From: an archaeon BMS3Bbin15
GTDB lineage: Archaea > Hydrothermarchaeota > Hydrothermarchaeia > Hydrothermarchaeales > BMS3B
DNA length: 64,000 nt
NCBI GenBank assembly: GCA_002897955.1
Contig: BDTY01000050.1
Span: 2,641 to 66,640, forward strand
Reading direction: 5' to 3'
The notes under the pieces were generated by a model that ran no database searches, was not told where the DNA came from, and saw only the letters and a program-made list of their open reading frames with translations. A program made the translations under genes and the position numbers. Below, in pieces: positions 21,001-30,450 of the stretch (its first letter is position 1; each line of letters begins with the position of its first letter).

Positions 21001-21916
21001 GGGAGAGTACAGGTCTGCCTGCCACAAGTTCTTTAATATACTTGAAGCTGGGCTCTATTTTAACATCCTTCTCTTCACTGTCATCTGTAACTCTTGAGGC
21101 AGCAAACTCGCCAAGCCATTCCCAGCTTTCAAAGCCCAGCTTATTCACGTACTTCAGAATCTTGCCTACCTTCTGGAGCACACCCTCAGCAAGAACAAGC
21201 ACAGCCCCTCCTCTCAGAGAATTGGTTTCAATCCTCTCAAGATTTCTGTAACCACTCACCTCAACCTTTTCGGTTGGCTCCCCTGTTATCTCCACAGGTA
21301 TGTTTTTTACAGCTTTTCTTATATCCTGCGGTTCTGGATGATACTGCAACCTTGCAGCCTCGGTATTGTAAAGGTCAACCTCCTCAACAAACCTCTCTAT
21401 CTCATCATCAGTCGGTTTATAAGATTTAAGACCAAGACCCACTCTTATGGCATCGCCTACAAGCACAGCAAGAGCCTGAGCAGAGCCACCTGCCGACCTT
21501 ATGGGCCCTGCAAAGTATATGGCAAGGTAGTCTGTACCATCATTATTTTTTTTAATCCTCACCTTTACTATACCCTCAAGCGGTGCAGCCACAATTCCTT
21601 CCGTTATCAGGGCAAGAGAAGTTCTGAGAGCCTGCTCGGCAGTTTTTTCCATGCCTTCAAATCTTCCGAATTTTCCCTTAACAATCTCTCCAGCTATCTT
21701 TATTGCTGCCTCCTCATTACTCATCTCCTCCACGAGCTCTCTTATTCTGGGTGCAACCCCTTTCGGCCCAACCAGACCTTCAACACGCTCTGCCATATCC
21801 TTTGCAAAGGGTATCTCAGGCTCAAGCTCCGGGTCAAAACCTCTACTTCTGGCTTTCAGAGCTATACTATGTGCTCTCTTCACCCCTTCTTCCAGTGAAC
21901 GAAAATAATCTTCCAT
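18062..21916 (-). CDS. polC: DNA polymerase II (PolD) large subunit DP2, intein-containing
   Basis: 1284 aa. It has the DP2 N-terminus and Zn-finger clusters. The catalytic motif HPYFHAAKRRN/CDGDED is interrupted by a 165-aa insertion. Confidence 0.9.
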   Translation of the reverse strand: MEDYFRSLEEGVKRAHSIALKARSRGFDPELEPEIPFAKDMAERVEGLVGPKGVAPRIRELVEEMSNEEAAIKIAGEIVKGKFGRFEGMEKTAEQALRTSLALITEGIVAAPLEGIVKVRIKKNNDGTDYLAIYFAGPIRSAGGSAQALAVLVGDAIRVGLGLKSYKPTDDEIERFVEEVDLYNTEAARLQYHPEPQDIRKAVKNIPVEITGEPTEKVEVSGYRNLERIETNSLRGGAVLVLAEGVLQKVGKILKYVNKLGFESWEWLGEFAASRVTDDSEEKDVKIEPSFKYIKELVAGRPVLSHPSEKGGFRLRYGRSRNSGFAAMSMHPATMVLTDDFIAIGTQLKTERPGKGTAVTPCDTIDGPIVRLKDGSVLRVESYSQALEVREDVDEILFMGDILVNYGDFLENNHILIPAGYCEEWWVQELEREKKSKYTEYLDIENIPDEEIAIRISEELGIPLHPRYTYFYHDLTLEDMKLLHNMLKKGEVRDEELYVPLSREKRLLEFLGVPHRVEARYIVLQEFKALLYCFGLVNGNFEEACSKVESTMELVNSFGIKVREKAPSYIGLRMGRPEKAKERKMSPAVNVLFPIGRNGGKTREVEKAVRKGKIKIEVVYRYCESCSKVGITTLCQRCGEPTVFKRKCQSCGYTGDIRESTCPKCSSRLNLYSEREIDIKTLYERAKARVGSSGREVVKGIIGMTSLYKIPEPIEKGLLRARHGVYVFKDGTIRFDSTDIPLTHFRPREVMVSLEILKMLGYDRDNKGEPLVDEEQILELKPQDIILPLSGADYLLKVTKFIDELLVKFYGLEPYYRAENKEDLVGHLVLGLAPHTSAAILGRIAGFSKANAGYAHPYFHAAKRRNCFHPDEKIYVYGKGYISLRHLVSYCSGKSEDSFGTRILMPEDRIFVSSYNLSEKRIIKGEVKEVSIHTSPDYLIYLKTHSGREIRVTPDHKFPVFFKNKIEEKYAMDMKVGELLISPKGVDKGNGEVWFDEIVEKRTAPSDSSYVISLNVEPSHIVPVNNIFAYNCDGDEDGVFLLMDALLNFSRKFLPSTRGSTMDAPLVLTTHLDPSEVDHEAHNIDIVSGYPLEFYEATLRYARPQEFEDIIETVSSRLGTDEAYHNLGFTHDTSDINLAPLTSAYKTLGEMTEKLEKQLALAKKIRAVDEQDVARRVIETHFLPDLAGNLRAFSTQRVRCVNCNAKYRRIPLTGKCRRCGGKLVLTVSRGGVEKYLNITEDLIQRYSLESYLKQRVEILRMSIASLFDDESNEQKSLKDFLKTE
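18824..19318 (-). other. mini-intein (about 165 aa, no homing endonuclease domain) in DP2
   Basis: The insertion starts with Cys (CFHPDEKIY...) directly after AAKRRN. It ends ...NIFAYN and is followed by the +1 Cys of CDGDED. The resulting extein junction reconstitutes the canonical DP2 catalytic motif. Coordinates are from codon counting and are accurate to about 1 nt. Confidence 0.75.
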
Positions 21917-21917
21917 A

Positions 21918-23396
21918 TCAGATGAACTCCATTTTCACAATTTTGAGAGTCTGAAGGTCAACAACAGGTATTTTTCCAGGTGTGGGTTGAAGATTTACCT
22001 TTTTCTGGAAGGAAGTCTGTGACTGAAATGTGCCAGAGTTTATTACCAGAGTATTTCTGTAGGTGAGATGGTCAAAGGTATGAACATGACCCATGTGAAG
22101 AATTTCAGGCAACTCTTCAAGTATGAGGTAATCAGTATTTTCTGGGGCCAGAGGTACTTTTCCTCCATAAATTGGAGATAGATGCCTCTTCTTCAGAAGG
22201 CTGAGCATGGCTTTGGCCGGCTTTGTATAGCTCATGCCAGGTATGGCTGAAATTATATCATCAAGACTCCTCCCATGGTAGCTCACCACTCTAACGCCGT
22301 GAAGCTCTGCAGTTAAGGGGTTACCTGTCATGTGAATTCTTGGGTCTTCATAGTACTCCTGGACAAAATCTTCACTTATAGCAGGCTGAGGTTCAGCCTG
22401 CCTTGTGGCATCGTGGTTGCCTGGCGTTATAATAATTTCAATATAATCAGGAATCATACTGAGATATTCATAGAATTTAGCATACTGCTTATGAATATCC
22501 CTGATAACAAGTTCTTCCTTCTGTTCAGGGTAAATCCCAACTCCATCAACAATATCTCCTCCAATAACGATATACTTAACCTTCGAGGCAAGCTCTCTCT
22601 GGGAACTATTACCCTCTTCCATGCGAAGCCATTTTATAAATCTGAGAAAAACGTCGTCGAGGAATTTGGCACTTCCTACATGCACATCTGAAATAAGAAC
22701 TGCAACAACAGGGTCGGGGCTCTTTCTCACCTCCCTGTTAATAGGAACATCGGGGAAGAAAATCTCATTAACAATGAAGAGACCTCTGCCATATTTTCCT
22801 TTCAACCCTATTATTTCATCTGTTACTATCTCAGTGGAAATCTTTTTTAAATCTTCATCTCTATTCAGTATCAATGCATTGGATATTCCACTGGGGTCTT
22901 CAAGCTCAATTAAAATATGCCCCCTTTTTGTTTCCTTTTTATTATTCACTATACCGATAATGGAACTCTCAGAAGGAGAGTGATTTTTCACAATCTCAAT
23001 TAGATTTGAGCCTGTAAGAGCCTGCCTGTTTTTCAGAACTTTACCAAGAACCTCGTATCTATGATTAAAAAATTTAACAAAATTGTTTATATTGCCTGAA
23101 GTGAAACTTTTTGAAGTTATGTCCTTACTGCGACTTATTTTTATATCAGCATCATATTCTTCAGCTGTTACCTTTTTTCTCCCTTTAATTATAACCTCAG
23201 TTTTTTTTTCATTTCCATTTTTTATTTCATCAAGAAGTTCCTGGGTTACGACGGAAGTGCCCTTCCGCTTTGTGATATCCAGAATCCTGCTCATATCCAA
23301 CTCTGAAGAGCAAAGCTGTCTCAGTTCTCCGAGTACAGAGGGATGGATATTGATATTACAATCAAGAAACCTGCATAGAATTTCAGTTTTATTCAT
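21918..23396 (-). CDS. polB: DNA polymerase II (PolD) small subunit DP1 (3'-5' exonuclease, calcineurin-like phosphoesterase)
   Basis: 492 aa. It carries metallophosphoesterase motifs (GDIVDGVG, GNHD). It sits directly upstream of DP2 with a 1-nt gap. Confidence 0.85.
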   Translation of the reverse strand: MNKTEILCRFLDCNINIHPSVLGELRQLCSSELDMSRILDITKRKGTSVVTQELLDEIKNGNEKKTEVIIKGRKKVTAEEYDADIKISRSKDITSKSFTSGNINNFVKFFNHRYEVLGKVLKNRQALTGSNLIEIVKNHSPSESSIIGIVNNKKETKRGHILIELEDPSGISNALILNRDEDLKKISTEIVTDEIIGLKGKYGRGLFIVNEIFFPDVPINREVRKSPDPVVAVLISDVHVGSAKFLDDVFLRFIKWLRMEEGNSSQRELASKVKYIVIGGDIVDGVGIYPEQKEELVIRDIHKQYAKFYEYLSMIPDYIEIIITPGNHDATRQAEPQPAISEDFVQEYYEDPRIHMTGNPLTAELHGVRVVSYHGRSLDDIISAIPGMSYTKPAKAMLSLLKKRHLSPIYGGKVPLAPENTDYLILEELPEILHMGHVHTFDHLTYRNTLVINSGTFQSQTSFQKKVNLQPTPGKIPVVDLQTLKIVKMEFI

Positions 23397-23422
23397 ACTG
23401 TTATCCTGAGAAATATTAACAT

Positions 23423-24658
23423 TTATAGCAATAGTTTCTGAGTGATTATATAATTCCTCAGACTGCTGAGCCTGACATCTTCAAGAATACAATCTTTTAT
23501 TCTTGAGATTGGCACTTCAAGCTTTATCTCCTTTGTTCTTCCATATCTTCCCTTGCTTATTACCTTCGAGTTGAGAATACCAAGAAGATCAAGCTCTGAA
23601 ATTAAATCCGATACTCTTCTCTGAGTAAGCGGGTCTATGGAAACATACCTGCACAGACTCGTGTAGATATCGTAAATTTTACCTGTGCTTATAAACTTCT
23701 CCTTCCTCTCCTCGAGGTAAATCACGGCATAGAGTAAAAGCTTTGACTGGGTCGGAAGTGTCTGGATAGCTTCAACTATATTGTCCGATTCAATCTTGCT
23801 GTTAGCTTTTCTGACATGCCTTTCTGTAGCTATACTTGCATTCTCCCTTTCAGCCACCTCTCCACTCACCCTCAAAAGGTCAAGGGCCTTTCTTGCGTCA
23901 CCATGGTCACGAGCTGCAAGAGCGGAGCATAGAGGTATGACATACTCATCGAAAGAACCTTCCAAAAAGGCGAGCTCAGCCCTTCTCTTGAGAATATCCT
24001 CAAGCTGCTTTGCATTATAAGGCTTGAAAATTATTTCATCTCTTCCGAGGGTGCTTAAAACTCTATTATCCAGATAATCAGTAAATTTAAGGTCATTTGA
24101 TATACCTATAACACTCAATTTCGAATTTTTTAGTTCAGAGTTTATTCTTGTCAGGTAATATAAAACTGAATCTCCATGTTTACCTACTATTCTATCTATT
24201 TCATCCAGAACAACTATTATAATATTATTCTCACTATCCGCTCCCTCCTTAAAAGAGTCATAAACTTTATCTGTAGGCCAGCCTGTAAAGGGAACATTCT
24301 TTCCAAACTCATTTGCAAGAGTGCAGAGAATTCTATACTGGGTGTTTACAAGTTCACAGTTTATATATACAGTTTTTATATTGAAATCAACTTTCGAGCT
24401 TGCTCTCTCAAGCTCACTGCACACAAACTTTGTCACTATTGTTTTCCCTGTTCCACTCTTGCCATATATAAGCACATTAGAAGGGGTCTCCTCTTTAAGC
24501 GAAGGAGCTATAAGAGAAGCCAAATATTTTATCTCTTCCTCCCTGTGAGGCAATTCATCTGGAGTATAAGAATGTCTTAATACCTCCCTATCTTTAAATA
24601 TAGGCTGCTTCTTTAAAAAAGGTTCAAATATTCCTGTAAAAGAGCTTTTGCTATCCAT
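23423..24658 (-). CDS. cdc6: Orc1/Cdc6 replication initiator
   Basis: AAA+ Walker A GKSGTGKT, Walker B VVLDEID, C-terminal winged helix. It is adjacent to the polD genes. Confidence 0.85.
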   Translation of the reverse strand: MDSKSSFTGIFEPFLKKQPIFKDREVLRHSYTPDELPHREEEIKYLASLIAPSLKEETPSNVLIYGKSGTGKTIVTKFVCSELERASSKVDFNIKTVYINCELVNTQYRILCTLANEFGKNVPFTGWPTDKVYDSFKEGADSENNIIIVVLDEIDRIVGKHGDSVLYYLTRINSELKNSKLSVIGISNDLKFTDYLDNRVLSTLGRDEIIFKPYNAKQLEDILKRRAELAFLEGSFDEYVIPLCSALAARDHGDARKALDLLRVSGEVAERENASIATERHVRKANSKIESDNIVEAIQTLPTQSKLLLYAVIYLEERKEKFISTGKIYDIYTSLCRYVSIDPLTQRRVSDLISELDLLGILNSKVISKGRYGRTKEIKLEVPISRIKDCILEDVRLSSLRNYIITQKLLL

Positions 24659-24959
24659 AACTGATATCTCCTCGACCTAATTAGCATTGATAAGAGCAGG
24701 TATTCTTTTGTAGTCAGTATATATATTACTTATGTCTATCCAAGCTTTCTTTCTTGTAGAGTCTGCTTACCACACTATCACAGAGACCCCATTATTTCTA
24801 CTGGAAACATTATTGTGAAGTATGTTATTGCAATATCTGTTCAAAAGATTTATATATGATAATATCGTAAATTTCAGATGGATATTTTATTACTCCTTAT
24901 TTTTATATCATTCTATTTTATTACTCCTTTTGTTCTATAGGAAATATAGGGGGTGGGTG
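24659..24959. other. putative replication origin (oriC) region upstream of cdc6
   Basis: A 300-bp AT-rich intergenic region with ORB-like elements (TCTACTGGAAAC at about 24794; GGAAATATAGGGGGTGGG at about 24948). It has AT-rich unwinding stretches and a 16-bp direct repeat ATTTTATTACTCCTT at about 24884 and 24914. Confidence 0.5.
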
Positions 24960-25487
24960 TCAGTACTCCAGATTATCGAGAAGTTTTCTAATTTCTCTTA
25001 TATTCCTCATAAGTCCTTCAAATTCTTCAAGATAAACCTTCTTTTTTAGACTTTTATTTAGGTTTATATTGAAAAAAAAGCTGTAGTAATTATGATATTT
25101 TATTGAAATATCAAAATATTTCTTTTCTAGGTTTTCTGGAGTGTCATAGAGCTTTATTATTTCAATCTTAAGATTTTTAATTTCTTTTTTTATATCTTCT
25201 TTCACTCTTCTCATCAATCTATTCCAGTAAATATCGTTTATATCTCTCCTTCTCTTCCCTTCCAGTAATATTCCAGCTTCTTCTGATTCTCCATACGGAC
25301 CAGGAATAAAAGTTTCTTCACTTATCCTGTTCTCTTCTTTTTTTAAAAGAAGTATTTTATTCTCTATAATTAATGTGTTTAATAAACTTTCAAGTTTTTT
25401 ATGTGGAATACTCTTAGCTATTACCTTCAAATCATCTGGCTTTAAATAATTTAAAGAATTTACAGTAAAGATAATATCTTCTTTCAT
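24960..25487 (-). CDS. hypothetical Lys/Glu-rich protein
   Basis: 175 aa, very AT-rich coding sequence, no recognisable motif. Confidence 0.3.
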   Translation of the reverse strand: MKEDIIFTVNSLNYLKPDDLKVIAKSIPHKKLESLLNTLIIENKILLLKKEENRISEETFIPGPYGESEEAGILLEGKRRRDINDIYWNRLMRRVKEDIKKEIKNLKIEIIKLYDTPENLEKKYFDISIKYHNYYSFFFNINLNKSLKKKVYLEEFEGLMRNIREIRKLLDNLEY

Positions 25488-25744
25488 ATTTTTATAGTTT
25501 CCAGTTCGCTGCTGACATTCCAGATGAGAGTTCTGGCATGCAGAGGCAGGTTTCTATCATTGCTTATCTCTTCGAGAATATATATAGCTGAGCTGACTCT
25601 TACTCCCATGTCTTTACCCTTATTGAGAAGTGTAGTTCTTGCTTCTTCTGCAGCTCTTCTGATATTCCTGGGAACTGAAGTATCTTCAATTAACTGGCTC
25701 AGCACCTTACATATCTGTTCAACTTTAGTCTCTTCATCAGTCAT
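25484..25744 (-). CDS. small conserved archaeal protein (UPF0147-like)
   Basis: 86 aa. The motif SVPRNIRRAAEEA recalls the UPF0147 family. This assignment comes from memory only. Confidence 0.35.
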   Translation of the reverse strand: MTDEETKVEQICKVLSQLIEDTSVPRNIRRAAEEARTTLLNKGKDMGVRVSSAIYILEEISNDRNLPLHARTLIWNVSSELETIKI

Positions 25745-25834
25745 ACCTATTCCTCCTTATATCAAAAATCGTCTGTAAGAATTACTATCTGTAAGTTTTA
25801 ATTATTATAAAAGGTTAACGTTTAGATTTATTCT

Positions 25835-26155
25835 ATGGTAGAAGATTCTTCTATAAAAAAGATGGCAGAGTATCTCCTTTCTGGAGCAACCATGCTGGCA
25901 TATCACTGCCCGAACTGCAGCCTCCCGATTTTCAGGAAGGATAATAAAGCCTTCTGTCCTGAATGTGGCGAAGTTGTTATTGTTAAGGAGGGTGAAGAAG
26001 AAAAGAAGAAGGCCGTGGAATCTGACGATTCTGGCTATTCTAAAGTTATAGTTTCCAAAAGAGAAGAGCTTCTGGAACGCCTCAAGACCGAAAAAGACAT
26101 CAGAATAATCAATGAAATTCTTGATGCTATAAGGAAAATTAATGAGCTTCTTTAA
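25835..26155 (+). CDS. zinc-ribbon protein (UPF0148 / Sjogren autoantigen-1-like)
   Basis: 106 aa with two Cys pairs, CPNCSLPIF...CPECG, forming a C4 Zn ribbon. Confidence 0.45.
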   Translation: MVEDSSIKKMAEYLLSGATMLAYHCPNCSLPIFRKDNKAFCPECGEVVIVKEGEEEKKKAVESDDSGYSKVIVSKREELLERLKTEKDIRIINEILDAIRKINELL

Positions 26156-27836
26156 TATCTCTGAACTTCAGGTCTCCATCTACAAGCTTTTTAACAAAAG
26201 CTGGAACTTCATCTATTTTAACTCTAACCTGTTCGGTTGTGTCTCTATCTCTTAAAGTAACCGTTTTACTTTCTATACCATCAAAGTCGATGGTTATGGA
26301 ATATGGAATTCCTGCCTCGTCGCTTCTGGCATATCTTCTTCCTATGGAATCATTCTCATCATAGTAGGTAAAAATACCTTTTCTTTTCATTATGTCAGAA
26401 ATATCCAGAGCAATCTCCGGCAGAGGTTCCTTCTTCACAAGCGGGAAGATTGAACCTTTCATCGGAGCCAGTGCTGGAGATATTCTCAGAACATTTTTCC
26501 CTTCCCTCTCAATGTAAGATGTTTCAAGTATGGAATAAAGAATTCTGTCTATACCAAAGCTGGGCTCAATAACATGAGGATTAAATTTTTCACCAGTAAT
26601 TTTCTTTTTAGTCTCTTTTATACTGAAGTACTCTCTACTGATAGTATAAACCTCTCCTTCCAGTTCAATCTTTATATCATCTTCAGCCTCTTCCGGGGAG
26701 AGATTTCTTATTTTTTCTGCAATATCTCCTGCCTTTGATTTGAAAGCTGGTCCGAGCTTATTCATCAATGGTTCAATCTTAATTTCTCTGACAATTTCTG
26801 GTTGGGCATATTCTCTGAAAGCTTTTAGCTCCGTTCCACTCCCTTTTTCATGTGCCTTGAGGTCATAGTCTGTTCTGTCAGCAATACCAACCACTTCAAT
26901 CCAGCCAAATCGCCTTGTGTAAATCTCTGCATCCCAGCAGTCCCTCGCATAATGTGCCATCTCTTCTAAAAGATGCTGTCTGAATCTTAGCTTTTCTTCA
27001 GGAATACCACAGGCAAGCAGGAAATTTTTGGTGTGTACAATATAATAGGATAGGAATTCATGAGCGATAATTTCTCTGTCAACAGATTCTCTTGCAGTGA
27101 TTTCAATAGTATTATCTCTATCTCTGGGCAGAAGCCTTACCTTCTCCTCTGCATACTGCTGAAATTTTGTGTGATTATTATTTCTGGGGTCAATAAATAT
27201 TTCAACTTCAGCCTGGGTAAACTCTCTCAGCCTGATAAGACCCTGCCTGGGCGAAATTTCATTTCTATAAGCCCTGCCTATCTGAGCTACTCCAAAGGGA
27301 AGCTTTCTTCTGTAGAAGTTGTAGAGTCTTGTGAAAAGTATGAACATACCCTGGGCAGTTTCAGGACGAAGATAGCCAACTTTGCCTTTTCCTGGGCCTA
27401 TGTAGGTTTTGAACATTAGATTGAAAGTTTTAACCTTACCCAAGCTGCCAGGACACTCAGGACACTTTATATTCCTTTCTTTTATTAAACTGTCTATTTT
27501 ATCGGGGCTGAGCCCTTCTGCCTCTATGTCACAGGACTGAAGAAGATGGTCCGCTCTGAAGAAGCTACCACATTTTGTACATTCGACTATAGGGTCAGTG
27601 AAGTTGCCTGTGTGCCCTGATGCTATAAAAACTTCTTCTGGCGATATTGTGGGTGAGGATATTTCCAGAAAGCCCTCCTGAAGGCAGAAGTAGTTTCTCC
27701 ACAGGTCCTCTATATTCTTTTTCAGGAGTGCACCGAGCGGGCCATAGTCATAAAAACCGCTCAGTCCTCCATAAATTTCAAAACTGGGATAAAGGAAGCC
27801 TCGTCTGACAGCTATCTCAATAATTTTTTCGTGCAT
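26139..27836 (-). CDS. glyS: glycyl-tRNA synthetase (archaeal/eukaryotic alpha2 type)
   Basis: 565 aa. The N-terminus FLYPSFEIYGGLSGFYDYGPLG and the class II motifs are present. Confidence 0.85.
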   Translation of the reverse strand: MHEKIIEIAVRRGFLYPSFEIYGGLSGFYDYGPLGALLKKNIEDLWRNYFCLQEGFLEISSPTISPEEVFIASGHTGNFTDPIVECTKCGSFFRADHLLQSCDIEAEGLSPDKIDSLIKERNIKCPECPGSLGKVKTFNLMFKTYIGPGKGKVGYLRPETAQGMFILFTRLYNFYRRKLPFGVAQIGRAYRNEISPRQGLIRLREFTQAEVEIFIDPRNNNHTKFQQYAEEKVRLLPRDRDNTIEITARESVDREIIAHEFLSYYIVHTKNFLLACGIPEEKLRFRQHLLEEMAHYARDCWDAEIYTRRFGWIEVVGIADRTDYDLKAHEKGSGTELKAFREYAQPEIVREIKIEPLMNKLGPAFKSKAGDIAEKIRNLSPEEAEDDIKIELEGEVYTISREYFSIKETKKKITGEKFNPHVIEPSFGIDRILYSILETSYIEREGKNVLRISPALAPMKGSIFPLVKKEPLPEIALDISDIMKRKGIFTYYDENDSIGRRYARSDEAGIPYSITIDFDGIESKTVTLRDRDTTEQVRVKIDEVPAFVKKLVDGDLKFRDIKEAH

Positions 27837-27850
27837 ATAAAAACCTGCAG

Positions 27851-28693
27851 TTAAAGTACAGCCTTAATAAGGTCACTATCTCTTACAATTCCTATAAGGT
27901 CTCCTTCTGCATTTATAACTGGAATCTGTTCTATTCTATTTTTTGCCATTCTTTTTGCTGCTTCACTTATAGCTGTCTTTTTCCTAACAATAACAACCTT
28001 ATCAACCATAATATCCTTTACGACCCTGTCAGGAAATTCAAGACGTTTTTTTGTAATATATATTATATTCTTGGTATCCCAGCCCCATTTATCGCCTTCT
28101 GTACCTCCTGAGAGCTCGGATTTAACTGTACTTTCACTAACTTCAAGAACTTTAAGAAGGTCAGTATCTCCAATAATTCCAGTAAATTTACCTTCATCAT
28201 TGAGAACAGGTAGGGCCCTTTCTCCAGAAAGATTCATAATTTCGTAGGTTACCTTCAGGGGGTTTTTCTCCCACATGCTGGTTATTCTGCTTGCCATATA
28301 CTTTTCAACCGGGTCCGTAAGACCAAGTTTTGAGATATAACGCCAGACAATATCACTCACTGTTATTAACCCCACAAGCTCTGAATTCTCAATTACAGGA
28401 AGTCTTCTGAACTCTCCACGGGAGAATATTTCTACAGCTTCCCTGATATCAGCCTCTGGTGAAATAGTTCTCACATCTCTTGTCATCAGAAGAGCCAGCT
28501 GTTCCTCTTCCGGATTTCTGGCAAAATCCTCTCTTGTAACTATGCCAAGAAGTTCTTTTGTACCTCTCTTCACAACAGGTAAACAGGAGATATTCTCTTT
28601 TAGTATTGTCTTTATAGCATCAGCCCTGCTTCCAGGAATTTTGACATAAATTACCGTATCTGTCATAATTTCTCTGACTTTCACGGATTCCAC
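27851..28693 (-). CDS. CBS-domain protein (four CBS repeats)
   Basis: Repeated hydrophobic/G pattern typical of CBS pairs (V.EIMT..V..V......LPVV...G.L.GIVT..D). Confidence 0.7.
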   Translation of the reverse strand: MESVKVREIMTDTVIYVKIPGSRADAIKTILKENISCLPVVKRGTKELLGIVTREDFARNPEEEQLALLMTRDVRTISPEADIREAVEIFSRGEFRRLPVIENSELVGLITVSDIVWRYISKLGLTDPVEKYMASRITSMWEKNPLKVTYEIMNLSGERALPVLNDEGKFTGIIGDTDLLKVLEVSESTVKSELSGGTEGDKWGWDTKNIIYITKKRLEFPDRVVKDIMVDKVVIVRKKTAISEAAKRMAKNRIEQIPVINAEGDLIGIVRDSDLIKAVL

Positions 28694-28699
28694 CTCGAC

Positions 28700-29134
28700 T
28701 TATTTGTGTACGACCAGGACAGGACAGGGAGAGGTTCTTATAATCTTTTCTGCAACACTACCAAGAAGAAATTTATCTAAACCTGTTCTTCCAGAGGTAC
28801 CCATAACAATAAGATCAGCCTGAATTTCCTTAGCTGTTTTTACTATTTCCTCAGCAGGAACTCCTTCTTTTGCAATTTTTTCAAACTTTATTCCATTTTC
28901 AGTTGCTTTTTTCTCTATGTATTTCATGGCGGTATCACTTTCAGCTTTCAGTAAATTTTTCATATTTTCCCATACTATCTCCGTCGGAAGACCTGCAAAA
29001 GCGCTTATGTCAACCACATATATGGCATAAAGTTCTGCGTTCAGAGCCTCTGCGAGGTTGATGGCATGGGTAACTGCCTTATTAGCTGTATCTGATCCAT
29101 CCGTGGGTATAAGAATTCTTCTGTACAACCTCAT
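28700..29134 (-). CDS. universal stress protein UspA family
   Basis: ILIPTDGSD ... [35 protein letters not shown]. Confidence 0.75.
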   Translation of the reverse strand: MRLYRRILIPTDGSDTANKAVTHAINLAEALNAELYAIYVVDISAFAGLPTEIVWENMKNLLKAESDTAMKYIEKKATENGIKFEKIAKEGVPAEEIVKTAKEIQADLIVMGTSGRTGLDKFLLGSVAEKIIRTSPCPVLVVHK

Positions 29135-30195
29135 TCCTCCATTATAATTTTAATAATATCACTTTTTTCGAATCTATGTATAATTCCTAATGTCGGATTA
29201 TATATATATCTATTGTTTCTGAATACAACAAAGTCTGCAATGTTGCCCTCTTCAAGGGAATTGTCATCCAGCTTCAAAATTTTTCTTCCGTTAATCGTTG
29301 CAGCTTTGAGCACCTCGGTTGCACTGAATCTGTAATCTCTGCTCTGTGCCCTTGCTATTTTGAATATAAATTCAGCCTCTCTGAGCATACTGAGGGAGTT
29401 GACCATAACATTGTCTGTGCCAATAGCAGTGAGAGTATTTTCAAGAATATCCTTAATTCTTGGCAGGCCAACGGCAAGTGTGGCATTGGCTCTTGGGCAT
29501 AATACAGCTTTTGTCTTACTTTTAAATATCTCTTCAAGACTTTCTTCATCTGCCTGGGTCAGATGGACAATAAAATCAGGCCTGAGCTTTAAAGCTTCTT
29601 TTATGTCATCTTTAACTTCGCCTGCATGCAGTGCAAAGAGTTTTTTTCCATTTTTTGCAAGTTTTCGAAGATTTTTGAGTGTATTAAAGTCGTATGCATC
29701 AGTGCTACTTATTCCAAAACCATGGGAATATTCAAGGACTTTTTCTGGATTATCTCCATTCAATCTGCCGAGGATTATTCCCTTTATTTTTATTTTATCG
29801 AGGGCATCTTTCAGGAGTTTTACTCCTTCTATTCCTCCCTCTCTGAAGTCTGCAAAGGCACCCGTACCCTGCGATTTCATCTCCTTCAGGGCATACTCTA
29901 TGCTAGCCTTAACTTTTTCTCTGTCTTCGATGACTCTGAATTTTAATCCTTCTGCTCCTACTCTCTCCTCGATACTGTTATAAATGCCGTAGTCCTGGGC
30001 AGAGGTATCTCCTGTATGAACATGAGCATTTGTGAAGCTCGGGCATACTATGCCTCCTTTTAAATCTTCAAAGCTCTTTGAAGGTCTACCTTCTCCTATC
30101 TCCTTAATTTTTCCATCTCTTACTACAATGTATCCTCGAGTTATTTCGAAGTCACTGCCATCGAGGATTATAGCATTTCCATATATTTTTTCCAT
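29131..30195 (-). CDS. amidohydrolase superfamily metal-dependent hydrolase
   Basis: HxH metal motif (SFTNAHVHTGD), LHAGE, and the later His/Asp motifs of the TIM-barrel amidohydrolases. Confidence 0.6.
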   Translation of the reverse strand: MEKIYGNAIILDGSDFEITRGYIVVRDGKIKEIGEGRPSKSFEDLKGGIVCPSFTNAHVHTGDTSAQDYGIYNSIEERVGAEGLKFRVIEDREKVKASIEYALKEMKSQGTGAFADFREGGIEGVKLLKDALDKIKIKGIILGRLNGDNPEKVLEYSHGFGISSTDAYDFNTLKNLRKLAKNGKKLFALHAGEVKDDIKEALKLRPDFIVHLTQADEESLEEIFKSKTKAVLCPRANATLAVGLPRIKDILENTLTAIGTDNVMVNSLSMLREAEFIFKIARAQSRDYRFSATEVLKAATINGRKILKLDDNSLEEGNIADFVVFRNNRYIYNPTLGIIHRFEKSDIIKIIMEE

Positions 30196-30308
30196 TATAT
30201 GCTATTGAGCCTTTAATTGGATTTAAATTTGTGCCTGTTCTCTACAGCTGACGAAGTGGATTATTACCTTGCAGGTGGAAAGAAAATCATGTAAAGTTAA
30301 AAAGAAGA

Positions 30309-30381
30309 TGGACCCGCCGGGATTTGAACCCGGGGCCTCTCGCATGCCAAGCGAGCGATCTACCATCTGAGCTACGGGCCC
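30309..30381 (-). tRNA. tRNA-Ala (GGC)
   Basis: The reverse complement folds as a cloverleaf: acceptor GGGCCCG with a G3:U70 pair (the Ala identity element), anticodon loop TTGGCAT, T-arm CCGGG-TTCAAAT-CCCGG. Confidence 0.85.
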
Positions 30382-30450
30382 TACGTGAATTTTTGGGAGT
30401 TAGCAATAGTAATCATTTATGAAAAGAAATATATAGACAGTGAAGGAAGT

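Noticed and set aside
21042-21954. Several 69-186-aa + strand ORFs (P/S/Q-rich) inside DP2
   Set aside because: They are antisense to the polymerase gene with biased composition. These are shadow ORFs.
24822-25049. 75-aa ORF spanning the putative origin
   Set aside because: It is extremely AT-rich and repetitive (LLLLF, YYSLFLY), and it overlaps the ORB-like and repeat elements. It is more likely non-coding origin DNA.
29360-29983. 207-aa + strand ORF rich in Ser/Leu, antisense to the amidohydrolase gene
   Set aside because: A shadow ORF of the AT-skewed antisense strand, with no domain signature.
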